64,000 bases of DNA from Candidatus Obscuribacteraceae bacterium. Its GTDB lineage: Bacteria > Cyanobacteriota > Vampirovibrionia > Obscuribacterales > Obscuribacteraceae. The first letter of the stretch is position 1. Each line of letters begins with the position of its first letter. The DNA is taken from contig JBGAHS010000009.1 of NCBI GenBank assembly GCA_044226015.1, positions 256,001 through 320,000 of the forward strand, read 5' to 3'. Under the pieces are notes generated by a model, which worked only from the letters and a program-made list of their open reading frames with translations, had not been told where the DNA came from and made no database searches. This document shows positions 52,501 through 61,877 of the stretch, piece after piece. A program made the position numbers and the translations under genes.

Positions 52501-52887
52501 ATGACAATAGAAAGAGTACTTCTTGTTGATGATGACCCGCGAATCAGGAAGATCGCGCAAATTAGTCTTGAAGGCGTCGGGAAATGGAAAGTGACCCTGG
52601 TTTCGTCTGGGTTTGAGGCAATCGATGCTGCTGTGAAAGAACATCCTGATGTGATATTGCTTGATGTAATGATGCCTGAAATGGATGGACCAACAACACT
52701 TGCCAAAATCAGGGAAATTTCGGAGATCGCTTCGATTCCTGTTATTTTCTTTACCGCAAAAGTACAGAAGCAAGAACTTGATTCCTATCTCGCATTGGGA
52801 GCAGCTGGAATTATAAGTAAGCCCTTCGACCCTATGAAGTTGCCCAGTGAAATTCAGGAAATTGTAAATAACAATCGGGCAGAATAA
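52501..52887 (+). CDS. Single-domain response regulator (CheY-like)
   Basis: LLVDDD, LLDVMMPEMDG, FFTA and KPFDP motifs. Confidence 0.95.
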   Translation: MTIERVLLVDDDPRIRKIAQISLEGVGKWKVTLVSSGFEAIDAAVKEHPDVILLDVMMPEMDGPTTLAKIREISEIASIPVIFFTAKVQKQELDSYLALGAAGIISKPFDPMKLPSEIQEIVNNNRAE

Positions 52888-53140
52888 AGCTTGATTCTTT
52901 CATGCTTGGCTTTGCACCATATCTGATACCACTGCTTAACTTGTTCTTGTCCTGCAAGAATTCCTTTTGCTTGAACGCTGGTGAAGTGCGTGCCACCTCA
53001 GTGCTGCTGTTTCGCTTGGTTCTGTAGCGATTTTGCGCTCAGGGTGCATTTTCTGCACGCTTCTTTCGCTCAGTCAGCTCCATCGCTTTCGTCGAGAAGC
53101 GCTTCTAGACCTGGTTTCCTGAACTGGAATGTATTTAAAA

Positions 53141-53175
53141 GAAAACACCCCGGAAGAAACTTCCGGGGTGTTTTC
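53141..53175. terminator. Intrinsic terminator (perfect 16-bp stem)
   Basis: GAAAACACCCCGGAAG-AAA-CTTCCGGGGTGTTTTC, between convergent transcription units. Confidence 0.85.
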
Positions 53176-53445
53176 GGGCTGGCTATCAGGGTTCGGTGTC
53201 GGCTTATCGCTGACAAATATAGATTACGAAATTGCTGCGAAGCTTCATATGGATAAAAATGTGATTCCTACTGTGGAATTGTGCAGTGTCCTGTAAGAGG
53301 CTTGCCCAGCGCGTCTTCGCTAGCAACCTTGTGATATTGCGAGTCTGATTTCATCGTTTCTCTGCTAGTACAGGTTGTGGATTTTGCAATTTTCAAAAAC
53401 TACACTGCACAAACTCTGGGTAAGCGTCTGCACAAATGTGCAGTG

Positions 53446-54966
53446 TCACGAATCGGAGAATACAACGTCTTGGCGGCGCACATCTCTTGCCGCCTCCGCC
53501 AGGCGCTTGATTCCCACTTCGAGGGTTTCGTCCTTCAGACCGGCGTAATTCAGTAAAAACTCGTGCGGGGGTGCATCCTGGAGATAAAACTGTGAAGCCT
53601 TCACAAGCCCCACTCCAAGCTCTCTTGCGCGTTTCAAGAATTCATCGTCGTTAAATCGTTGATGCAAGCGAATAAGCATATTGATACCCGCGTTCTCGCC
53701 TTTTATTTCAACGCTTTCTCCGAACTCACGTTTTAGAGCTGCAATCACAAGTTCTCTTCTATGCTCGTAAAGGGTTCGCATCCTTCTTATATGTCGTTCT
53801 AAATGGCCGGCTTTTATGAACTCGGCAAGAGTCTCTTGATAGAGAAGTGGAGAGTGACGATCTGCAAGGAATTTAGCTCGACTGAACACATCAATTAAGC
53901 TAGTTGGAACAACCAGGTAGCCCAGTCTCAAAGCAGGTAGAAGAATCTTTGAGAACGTACCTATATAGATGACAGATTCTGAATGGTCCAAGCCCGCAAG
54001 ACTTGGTACCGGTCTTCCAGAATATCGATATTCGCTGTCGTAATCATCTTCGATAATGAAAGTGCCCGTCCGCTGTGCCCAATTCAGAAGCTCTAGCCTT
54101 CGGGGAAGGGACATAACAACTCCAGTCGGAAACTGGTGAGAGGGAGTCAGGTATATTAACTTCATATTTGCAAGAGCGGGGTCTTGCAGTTGGTCTAAGA
54201 CAATGCCTGATTCATCTACAGGAAAGCCGTGTAATTGAGCGCCCGCAACTTCAAATGCTTTCTTTGCCCCAATATATCCAGGGCTTTCTATTCCAACAGT
54301 GTCGCCCCGGTCGACCATTACGCGCGTTACCAGGTCGATTCCCTGCTGTGAGCCGTTTACGATGATAATCTGCTCTGGGCTGCAGGAAACTGCCCGAGAC
54401 TTGGAAAGGTGACCAGCAATTGCCTGTCTCAAGGGGAGATAACCTTGTGATTTACTGGGGCAGTCCAATAAGTGGAATTCTTGCTTTTTTACTACTTGAG
54501 CCACGATTTGCATCCATGCTCGCCAGGGAAATTCGTCCATATCAGGGCGTCCAAATGAGAATTGAATTTCGGGTTCGTCTTCTCCATAGGCGAACCATGG
54601 CTTGTCCCTTAAATAGTTTCCATATTTCGATAGGCGCTTTTGTGACTTCTTTGGCAGGGCGTTTTCAAGAGTCGCTCGGCGCTTGCCGTCTTTGATGTCG
54701 GTTCTCATCATGGCTTCTGGAAGCTGGCGGCAGACATAGGTTCCGGAGCCTGTAGCGGACTGGAGATATCCCTCAGACAAGAGGAATTCATAAGCCAATG
54801 TTACGGTAGCTCTTGAGATGCCAAGTGACTCTGCTAGTGCACGAGTGGATGGTACTCTCTGCCCTCTTGCCAGGCGCCCGGAAAGTATGGCCCGTCTGAT
54901 TTCTTCGTACAATTGGCGATGCAAAGGAACATGAGATTGGCTATCTAAAACTACTAATAAATCCAA
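53446..54966 (-). CDS. MocR/PdxR-family GntR regulator with PLP-dependent aminotransferase-like domain
   Basis: PLHRQLY...PSTRALAESLGISRATV HTH; YLTPSHQFPTG, IIEDDYDSE, GTFSK, LRLGY. Start moved to TTG 54966 (GGAG RBS), avoiding overlap with the divergent gene. Confidence 0.93.
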   Translation of the reverse strand: MDLLVVLDSQSHVPLHRQLYEEIRRAILSGRLARGQRVPSTRALAESLGISRATVTLAYEFLLSEGYLQSATGSGTYVCRQLPEAMMRTDIKDGKRRATLENALPKKSQKRLSKYGNYLRDKPWFAYGEDEPEIQFSFGRPDMDEFPWRAWMQIVAQVVKKQEFHLLDCPSKSQGYLPLRQAIAGHLSKSRAVSCSPEQIIIVNGSQQGIDLVTRVMVDRGDTVGIESPGYIGAKKAFEVAGAQLHGFPVDESGIVLDQLQDPALANMKLIYLTPSHQFPTGVVMSLPRRLELLNWAQRTGTFIIEDDYDSEYRYSGRPVPSLAGLDHSESVIYIGTFSKILLPALRLGYLVVPTSLIDVFSRAKFLADRHSPLLYQETLAEFIKAGHLERHIRRMRTLYEHRRELVIAALKREFGESVEIKGENAGINMLIRLHQRFNDDEFLKRARELGVGLVKASQFYLQDAPPHEFLLNYAGLKDETLEVGIKRLAEAARDVRRQDVVFSDS

Positions 54967-55029
54967 TTTCCTTACTCCAAAGTGGACTGGTATTAAAACA
55001 GTAAAGTGGCTCTTTTGCAATACCAATTT
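54962..55029. promoter_or_regulatory. Probable MocR-type operator (direct and inverted repeats)
   Basis: AAAGTGG at 54979 and 55003, flanked by inverted copies CCAATTT at 54963 and 55023, in the divergent intergenic gap. Confidence 0.6.
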
Positions 55030-55064
55030 AATTGATACATTAACGATGTCTGGAGGACAAACAA

Positions 55065-55397
55065 ATGTATTCGCTAAATTCAATCAAGAAATTCTGTGTG
55101 ACGGGGATGGCATCTTTGATGTTGATCTCGCTGGCTGCACCGAGCGCGAATGCAGTGGTAGATTCGAATATTTACTCGCAATACCAGGCAGTAAGATCTA
55201 GACTGGTTCTTAAAGAAAACAGCCTGCTCAAAGATTACGATGATGTGCAAAGACAAATCGATCTCTTGAACAGACAAAATACAGACCGGTCGCTATCACC
55301 TACGATTGATAATCTAAGTCGTACGCTCGATGCAACCTATTCTGACATCAAAAAAGTCCGTCAGGATATTAAGTCGCTAGACCTCAAAATGCTTTAA
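55065..55397 (+). CDS. Small secreted helical protein (110 aa)
   Basis: GGAGG RBS; signal peptide ending APSANA; coiled-coil-like mature region; followed by a terminator. Confidence 0.8.
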   Translation: MYSLNSIKKFCVTGMASLMLISLAAPSANAVVDSNIYSQYQAVRSRLVLKENSLLKDYDDVQRQIDLLNRQNTDRSLSPTIDNLSRTLDATYSDIKKVRQDIKSLDLKML

Positions 55398-55416
55398 TTC
55401 CCTGCATACAGCATCT

Positions 55417-55446
55417 AAACGGACTCCGAAAGGAGTCCGTTTTTTT
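55417..55446. terminator. Intrinsic terminator
   Basis: AAACGGACTCC-GAAA-GGAGTCCGTTT followed by a T tract. Confidence 0.9.
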
Positions 55447-56367
55447 CTATTTTTCAGGAAACTGAACAGCATCTTTCTTGCTAGCAGCCCATGTATCGAC
55501 GTTGTGGATTCGCTGTTCTGCGCTGGCATCGTCCTGTGCTTGCATTACTGGTGGTGGCAAAGGATTTTGAGGTAAGGGCAGACTTGGTACTGATGTCAAT
55601 TCGACATCAGTGTGCGGCTTTCCCGACGGGATCATCCTCGAGATATCCTTCACTGCTAAGGGAGAATGATCATTCTGGTTTCTCATTAAGCAATAAAGTT
55701 TGCCTGTTGCCATAGCGTTGATGAGTTTACCCGCATCTCTGGGACTTACTGAAACTGTGACGCAGCTGCTTGGCTGGGCATCTTCTACCCCAGCTTGTTT
55801 TTTGTAAGTTTGACCAACTGCAACTACCTGAACATCCGAAAGAATGGGAATTGCCGCTGATTCGGCGCCCGAACCTGTTTGCGAAAGAATGTCTACATAA
55901 GAGTCTGGATTGATGAAGCCAGCCACACCGGTGCTAGAGTCAACCGGGAACGTAATAGCCCTGTACCCTGGGCGAATTTTTGCTTCAAATCCTTTGGCTT
56001 GTTCTTGAACTTTCACTGATTGGGAAAGAATACACTCACCTGCACTGATTGGGACTCTGGCCTTCAAGCCGATTGCTCCACCCTCAGTGCTCAAGCTGTT
56101 AATTGGCACCTTGCTGCTCTCGATCGACTTCAGTTCCACTGCATCAGCGGTAATGAGTGCATTCTCAGCAATGTCTCGAGACGCTACCAGAACAGAAGCC
56201 ATCTCCTTCTTGCTCAGCCGGACCTTCTCTTGACGAAGCTTTGCCTCTTTGTTGTTTAATTCTGTTTGGACTAGAAAGCTCGCTCCAAGAGCTAAAGCAA
56301 GAACCACCAGCAGCATTAGCTTCGGAGGTATTCTGGCTGCAAGCAAGTACAGATTTGGTCCACCCAT
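55447..56367 (-). CDS. cpaB: Flp/Tad pilus assembly protein CpaB (RcpC)
   Basis: N-terminal TM helix; SAF domain VLVASRDI; PGYRAITFPVD...GVAGFINPDSYVDI; ILSDVQVVAVGQ; VTVSVSP; LMRN. Confidence 0.9.
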   Translation of the reverse strand: MGGPNLYLLAARIPPKLMLLVVLALALGASFLVQTELNNKEAKLRQEKVRLSKKEMASVLVASRDIAENALITADAVELKSIESSKVPINSLSTEGGAIGLKARVPISAGECILSQSVKVQEQAKGFEAKIRPGYRAITFPVDSSTGVAGFINPDSYVDILSQTGSGAESAAIPILSDVQVVAVGQTYKKQAGVEDAQPSSCVTVSVSPRDAGKLINAMATGKLYCLMRNQNDHSPLAVKDISRMIPSGKPHTDVELTSVPSLPLPQNPLPPPVMQAQDDASAEQRIHNVDTWAASKKDAVQFPEK

Positions 56368-56758
56368 GCCTCTTCCCTCAATATTCGTGCACCATTCTAT
56401 TTAGGCAGTCTTTCTTGACTGTCCACATAGATTAATCCCCCGGAACACTTCAGGGAAAACCCTAGAATTCTCAGGGCTGAAAAAATGGCACCACTGCTGG
56501 TGGCTTAGTAGTGTCTGTGGTGTTGTGATATTGGGGGTTGCGCCGATACGCACCCCTTCCTTTGTCAGTAAAGTATTCTATGATTCAAAACACTCGGCGA
56601 GCTGACTAATAGAGTCAAAGCTGCGAAATTTGCTTCCCGAACAGATAAGTTTCCCGCAGCAGTGCGATTTGCAGACGGTTTGTCGTGGTACGAATAATTT
56701 ATGGCATTTATATTAGGGCGAGAGGCAGAAGCTTCTCAATGGCGTTGGGAATCGGTTA

Positions 56759-59308
56759 ATGGCTGATACGGGAAATCAGAACAAACCTAATCTGAACAAA
56801 CCTCCAGCAAATCCAGTTAAGTCTGGTTCTGGAGGACTTCTTAATTCCTTGCTTCCCAGATTGCTGGTCTTATGGTTAATCGTTTTTGTTGTCTCTTACT
56901 TTGTTGCTTTGAAGGTGTTTGAGACCATTCAGCAAGAAGTCTTTGCTAGTAACTCTAGGGCAGTACTAGCCGCGCTGAACAACAAAAAACTAGATAGTGC
57001 TTCCCTCACCGATGTACGCGTTTCACAGGGGTTAGTCTGGGCCTACAGTACAGACAGCTCTGGCAAAATCGAACTGGGTTCATCATCTATGCCTTCTGGA
57101 TTGAAGCCTGGCAACGACAGCCGAGCTGTTGCAATTCAGGGTAACAACTTCTTTGAACAGGTTGTTTCTTTCGACAAAGAACACCAATTGCATCTCGGTT
57201 ACACTGTACCAGTGATGCTCTCCACGAACCTTCAGGCATCAGATCTTGCTCGCTCGATTCCTCTCGGCTTCAGTGCACTCTGGCTGTCTTTGGCTGGCGT
57301 GTTTACCTCTCTAGTTTTATTCCGCTGGATTTCTGTTCCAGCAGGAAGATTCGCCTCTCTGTCCGAGCGCATCTTGAGTATGTCTGGTGATGAACGCGAT
57401 GCATTGTTCTCCCAAAACAAGAGCATTTCAGAGATTCAGAACTTCATCTCTGCGTTGAATCTTGTTTGTTTGAAACTTGATGAGGAGAAAGCTGAAAGAC
57501 TCAGCCGTGAGCATGAGTTGAAAAAGCAGAAGATAGTACTGCAACAAGTTAACGAGCGTCTGCAACAAGATCTGCAGGAGCAGCAATTCCAATCACACAA
57601 GAGTATTTCGGAGCTGAGCTTTAAAGAGTCAGAAGAAGCTTTGCTCAAGTTGATCGACAGTGAAATTAGTAGCTGCAAAAATGTTTCTCAAATCTGTCAA
57701 AAGGCATTAGATAGACTTGCTGATAAATATCCTACGAGCATCAAATATGCATGCTTCTTTTTGCCTAGCGGTGACAGGGTCAAGCTTGAGGGTCATATTG
57801 GGCTGGACGACAATTCTCTGCAAGTTCTTCGCGGCATCAGTCATGATGATCTTGCTGCGGATCTTTTTCACAAAGGTGCCTCCGCTCTGTTATCTGAGGG
57901 AGACCTTGCACGTTACGACATGGGCGAACTTTCGTCTCGTCTGGGTTGGAAGTCGGCGATCTATGTGCCCATTGGTTTTGCGGATCGCTCACTTGCACTT
58001 CTTGCAGTGTTTTTCGATGAGCAAACTAAATCGTCAGCAAAAGATCGTCATAGATTGTTGAAGAACATTTCAGATCTGTTGGCTAGAACAATGCACAAAG
58101 TCGTTCTCCTTGCAGAAGAACTTGCGTCTGCAAGAACAGATGCTTTAACCGGTCTGTACAACAAGAAGTTCTTCCAGGAGTTTATGCCACAACTTCTTGT
58201 AAGAGCGAAGAACCACCATCCTGTTTCTATTTTGATGGTTGACGGAGATCATTTCAAAGACATCAACGACACCTACGGGCATCAGGTCGGTGACAAGATG
58301 CTAGTCGAATTTTCGAACCTTATGAAAGCTAACACGCGTCATGGCGAAGAAAAGAAAACAGGACGATTCAAAGACTACGTAATTCGTTGGGGTGGAGAAG
58401 AGTTTTTGCTTGTTCTCGATAACACCGATAAAGATACTGCATCTATGATCGCAGAAAGACTGCGCCGGAAAGTAGCGGAAAAAACTGATTGGCCGGGTGG
58501 TATTGCGAAGTGGACAATCTCGGTAGGATATGTAACCTTCCCGGGAGATGGAGATGATCTCGATGAGTTGATCAAGAAAGCGGACACCGCACTTTATTAC
58601 TGTAAACGAGAGCTTGGCCGAAATAAGATTGTTCATTATGCCGACATACCAAAGTCATTTAAGAGCAAAGGTTTTTCCAACTTGGAAGGAGAGCTTGGTG
58701 TATTCGATACACCTGCACTTTTGCAGTCGTTAGCTACGGCTCAAAAAACAGGAGTGCTTACAGTCTCAGCTCCTGATGGCAGAAACTTCTGGTTGCTTGT
58801 TGAGCTTGGACGACCCGTTCAGGCAAGGTTGGGTCGGCTTGGAGGCAGTTCAGCTGTCATCGAATTTATTTCAAATTTTGACGAAGGGAAATTCAATTTC
58901 TTAGAACGAACCGAAGCCAAAGCACGCAAAATACTTGATGATTCCTACGACGTGGACAGAGGGCTTGAGCGTTGTTTGATGGCGGGAGCTTTAGCTTCAG
59001 ACAATCTAGCCTGGGGCAGAGGCGTCTTAGCGGAGGCCGATGTGCCACTAAAGCTGGTGGACACAGAAGAACTCTCTCGTCGTTTGAAACAAATGGAAGA
59101 AGCTAGCGATATTGTAAGCCCTGAAGATATGAGCCTGGTGAGCATTGTTATAGGCAATCTAGAATTTGGCAGTACCAGTCTAAATGAGTTGGTAGATAGA
59201 ATCGGTTGCTACCCGACTGCAGATGTATGGCGCACTGTGGCTCTAATGTTGCAATATCAACTGATAAAAACGGTTAGCCAGTTCAATCTGGAAAAGATGA
59301 CGCTTTAG
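56759..59308 (+). CDS. Membrane diguanylate cyclase (GAF, GGDEF, C-terminal DUF4388/PATAN-like domain)
   Basis: Two TM helices, coiled coil, GAF-like region; TDALTGLYN, DGDHFKDINDTYGHQVGD, RWGGEEF with RxxD I-site (RFKD); C-terminal LEGELGVFDTPALLQSLATAQKTGVL. Confidence 0.92.
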   Translation: MADTGNQNKPNLNKPPANPVKSGSGGLLNSLLPRLLVLWLIVFVVSYFVALKVFETIQQEVFASNSRAVLAALNNKKLDSASLTDVRVSQGLVWAYSTDSSGKIELGSSSMPSGLKPGNDSRAVAIQGNNFFEQVVSFDKEHQLHLGYTVPVMLSTNLQASDLARSIPLGFSALWLSLAGVFTSLVLFRWISVPAGRFASLSERILSMSGDERDALFSQNKSISEIQNFISALNLVCLKLDEEKAERLSREHELKKQKIVLQQVNERLQQDLQEQQFQSHKSISELSFKESEEALLKLIDSEISSCKNVSQICQKALDRLADKYPTSIKYACFFLPSGDRVKLEGHIGLDDNSLQVLRGISHDDLAADLFHKGASALLSEGDLARYDMGELSSRLGWKSAIYVPIGFADRSLALLAVFFDEQTKSSAKDRHRLLKNISDLLARTMHKVVLLAEELASARTDALTGLYNKKFFQEFMPQLLVRAKNHHPVSILMVDGDHFKDINDTYGHQVGDKMLVEFSNLMKANTRHGEEKKTGRFKDYVIRWGGEEFLLVLDNTDKDTASMIAERLRRKVAEKTDWPGGIAKWTISVGYVTFPGDGDDLDELIKKADTALYYCKRELGRNKIVHYADIPKSFKSKGFSNLEGELGVFDTPALLQSLATAQKTGVLTVSAPDGRNFWLLVELGRPVQARLGRLGGSSAVIEFISNFDEGKFNFLERTEAKARKILDDSYDVDRGLERCLMAGALASDNLAWGRGVLAEADVPLKLVDTEELSRRLKQMEEASDIVSPEDMSLVSIVIGNLEFGSTSLNELVDRIGCYPTADVWRTVALMLQYQLIKTVSQFNLEKMTL

Positions 59309-59331
59309 CGCGAACATAATGCAAGGACAGT

Positions 59332-60492
59332 TTAGGTAGCGCCGTTGTTGGCACTCGTCTTTAACTTGTTTGAGTTCGGTTTCTGCTCTGAATCACTTTT
59401 GGCTTCTTTCTTAGAGTGGTATTTCTTGAGCTTCAGTATAGGATACTCAAAGAACTGCCAAGACAAAATACCAGTAAGCAAGGTGAGTACTGCAGCTACG
59501 GGAATGTTGATCCAATCAGGTGTAACAGCGTAGTAGAACTTTCCTCTCAGGTATGGCGCTAACACAAAGTAAAAGTTGTGCACCAGGTACATCATGTAGC
59601 TAATTTTTCCAAGATATCTTAGCGGTTGCACAGAAAGCGTGTTTATGAGAGGCTGGTTTCTAGTTGTTGCCAATCCATATATTGTTAACGCCATTGAAAT
59701 GTCTAGAATAAGCGAGTGTGATTCACCAATAAGTGCAATTCTCACACCGTAAATTACCATCATGATTATTCCGAGAACGAAAGAAATTGTTCCCATGTAT
59801 GGTTTGACTTTGGGTCCTTTTGCTTCGAAGAACGCAATCAAGCAACCAATTGCCATGGCTTTGTCTGCACAGCAGAGAAGCACGTTTGGCAGTGTCCCCG
59901 GAAGATTAGAGCTAATGATGCTTTGAATAATTGGTGAGCTGATCACCATCAGGCAGAGTATGGTAACTGTTGTTCTGGTGCTACAAGACAATACTATCCA
60001 CGGAATAATCAGATAGAACTGCTCTTGTACACAGATAGTCCAGAGGTGGCAGTATTGGTCGAGCTTCGCGTGCGCGAATATCTCGAAGTTGTAAGTAAAA
60101 GTGTAAAAAAGCAGCGGACAAGGCAGGAAATTTACCGCCAGAAGTACTGTCATCACAACATAATATGCTGGAAAAATTCTCAGCACACGATGTTGGTAGA
60201 ATCGCGAAATTTCGCCCCAGAAATCAGGACTCTTGTCCCTGATCAACGATTTAGTGATCAGATAGCCTGAAAGGGTCAGAAAATACCAGCCTGCTGCATC
60301 ACCAAAATAATGCAAGACTTTTCCCGGATCATATCCTAGTGAACAAATCTGGTGTTTAACGTATATGGTGAAGAATGCAATAAAGCGAATCGTGTCGAGG
60401 TGCTTTATACGATCCAATTGTGGGACTCCGGGGGGTTGATAGCGCTCAATAGTATATCGAATACTGCTAAGGTTTATCCATTTATAACTCAC
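59332..60492 (-). CDS. Acyltransferase family 3 (OafA-like O-acyltransferase)
   Basis: RIKHLDTIR, FLTLSGYLIT, FYQHRVLRIFPAY, HLWTICVQEQFY, LGKISYMMYLVH, FFEYP; multi-TM. Confidence 0.92.
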   Translation of the reverse strand: MSYKWINLSSIRYTIERYQPPGVPQLDRIKHLDTIRFIAFFTIYVKHQICSLGYDPGKVLHYFGDAAGWYFLTLSGYLITKSLIRDKSPDFWGEISRFYQHRVLRIFPAYYVVMTVLLAVNFLPCPLLFYTFTYNFEIFAHAKLDQYCHLWTICVQEQFYLIIPWIVLSCSTRTTVTILCLMVISSPIIQSIISSNLPGTLPNVLLCCADKAMAIGCLIAFFEAKGPKVKPYMGTISFVLGIIMMVIYGVRIALIGESHSLILDISMALTIYGLATTRNQPLINTLSVQPLRYLGKISYMMYLVHNFYFVLAPYLRGKFYYAVTPDWINIPVAAVLTLLTGILSWQFFEYPILKLKKYHSKKEAKSDSEQKPNSNKLKTSANNGAT

Positions 60493-60605
60493 ATCAATGT
60501 GTTACGGAATACGTGTTCTTTTCCAAAACTACGTGGAATTCTCATTGTTAGCTTTTGGCTTGGGTCTTATCTTGCATACAAATAGTGATTTGCAGAGGTC
60601 CACGC

Positions 60606-61853
60606 TTGGAACTTCATAAACTGAGAATTCGTCGGGTTCTGGTTCTTATATCACTTTTGCTTTGTGGAGCCGCATTCGCGCAAGAGGCTGACCCTCACCC
60701 CAGTCTTTCACAAATTCTTGCAACGCAACCGAAGTCTTACGAGTCCTGGCTGACGAACAACTGGCAGGCTTATCGCCAGCAATTCGTCGAAGCCAATGGC
60801 AGAGTCATCGAGCCTGGTGCATCATTCACCACCAGCGAAGCCGTTGGGCACGCAATGCTCATCTCCGTCTTTATGAAAGATAAGAAGACCCTTGATTCTA
60901 TTTGGTCATGGGCAGAAGAGAATATGGCGAATGATAAGCGCCCAAACTACGGTCCGTTTGCCTGGAAGGTTTATTTTGCCAACAACCCAGAGGGGGCAAG
61001 AACCCTCTATGAATCAGCAACGGATGCAGATCAAGATATTATCTTAGCTCTTGTATTGGCTCATTTTACCTGGTCAGATCCTAAGTACTTAAGTCGATCT
61101 CTCGAGCTACTCGATCGCCTCTGGGACCTGAATACAGTCGAAGTAAAAGGAGAGCGATACGTCACTGCAGGTGACTGGGCAAGCAAGTTAGCTTCCCCGC
61201 GCCTTAACCCCAGCTATTGTGCTCCTTACGCCTACCGAATCTTCGCGTGCGTTGATAAAAAACATGACTGGAATAAAGTTGTTGATAGCAGCTACAAACT
61301 GCTCAAAGAATCGGCTAAGGTAAGCCGTCTTGGTCTGCCACCAGACTGGTGCAACGTAAACAAAGAAGGTGTGATTTCTGTCAATCCCTACTCTTCTGAT
61401 GCTGCTTATTCCTACGAAGCTATGCGTATTCCATGGAGAATTGCTCTCGACTATCAGTGGTCGGGTGACAAACGTGCCTCTGAAACCATTGAAAGCTTGA
61501 AATTCTTACTGGATAGTTGGCGACTCACTAAGACTATAAATGCCGGCTATAGCCCAACTGGTGTGCTGGTAAAATCAGAAGAGCCCTTGCCAGCTGTAGC
61601 CTGTGCATTGCCTGCGATTAAGTACATGGATCGCTCTGCCGCTAACGAGATTGTCAAACTAAAATTACTGCCAAGATTCTCTGATAACCTGTACTCGCCT
61701 GCGAAGATTATCTACAATAACTCGTGGTCTTTCTTTTCGGTTGCCGCTTACTCTGAACAACTTGAAATGCCTAAACGGCTGAGTTCTCTTGTAGGGCAGA
61801 GCGAACGATCTCAAGAAATTTTGCTGGCGAAAGGTGGCGTTGCTACCTACTAG
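60606..61853 (+). CDS. Glycoside hydrolase family 8 (endoglucanase-like), secreted
   Basis: TTSEAVGHAML, SATDADQDI, LNPSY, GLPPDW, YEAMRIPWR; signal peptide ending AAFA from TTG 60606 with AGAGG RBS. Confidence 0.9.
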   Translation: MELHKLRIRRVLVLISLLLCGAAFAQEADPHPSLSQILATQPKSYESWLTNNWQAYRQQFVEANGRVIEPGASFTTSEAVGHAMLISVFMKDKKTLDSIWSWAEENMANDKRPNYGPFAWKVYFANNPEGARTLYESATDADQDIILALVLAHFTWSDPKYLSRSLELLDRLWDLNTVEVKGERYVTAGDWASKLASPRLNPSYCAPYAYRIFACVDKKHDWNKVVDSSYKLLKESAKVSRLGLPPDWCNVNKEGVISVNPYSSDAAYSYEAMRIPWRIALDYQWSGDKRASETIESLKFLLDSWRLTKTINAGYSPTGVLVKSEEPLPAVACALPAIKYMDRSAANEIVKLKLLPRFSDNLYSPAKIIYNNSWSFFSVAAYSEQLEMPKRLSSLVGQSERSQEILLAKGGVATY

Positions 61854-61877
61854 TGATATTGAACGTAGGAGTCCTAA

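Noticed and set aside
52840..53085. Minus-strand frame with an in-frame TGA as a possible selenoprotein, given selA
   Set aside because: No redox motif, no recognisable SECIS-like hairpin, and it overlaps the response regulator antisense.
53204..53248. 14-aa minus-strand leader peptide (MKLRSNFVIYICQR) before the strong hairpin, as an attenuator
   Set aside because: No properly spaced RBS, no regulatory codon run and no credible downstream gene on that strand.
56368..56758. c-di-GMP riboswitch between cpaB and the diguanylate cyclase
   Set aside because: Hairpins and an AGGGAAAACCCT near-palindrome are present, but no class I or II consensus was recognised on either strand.
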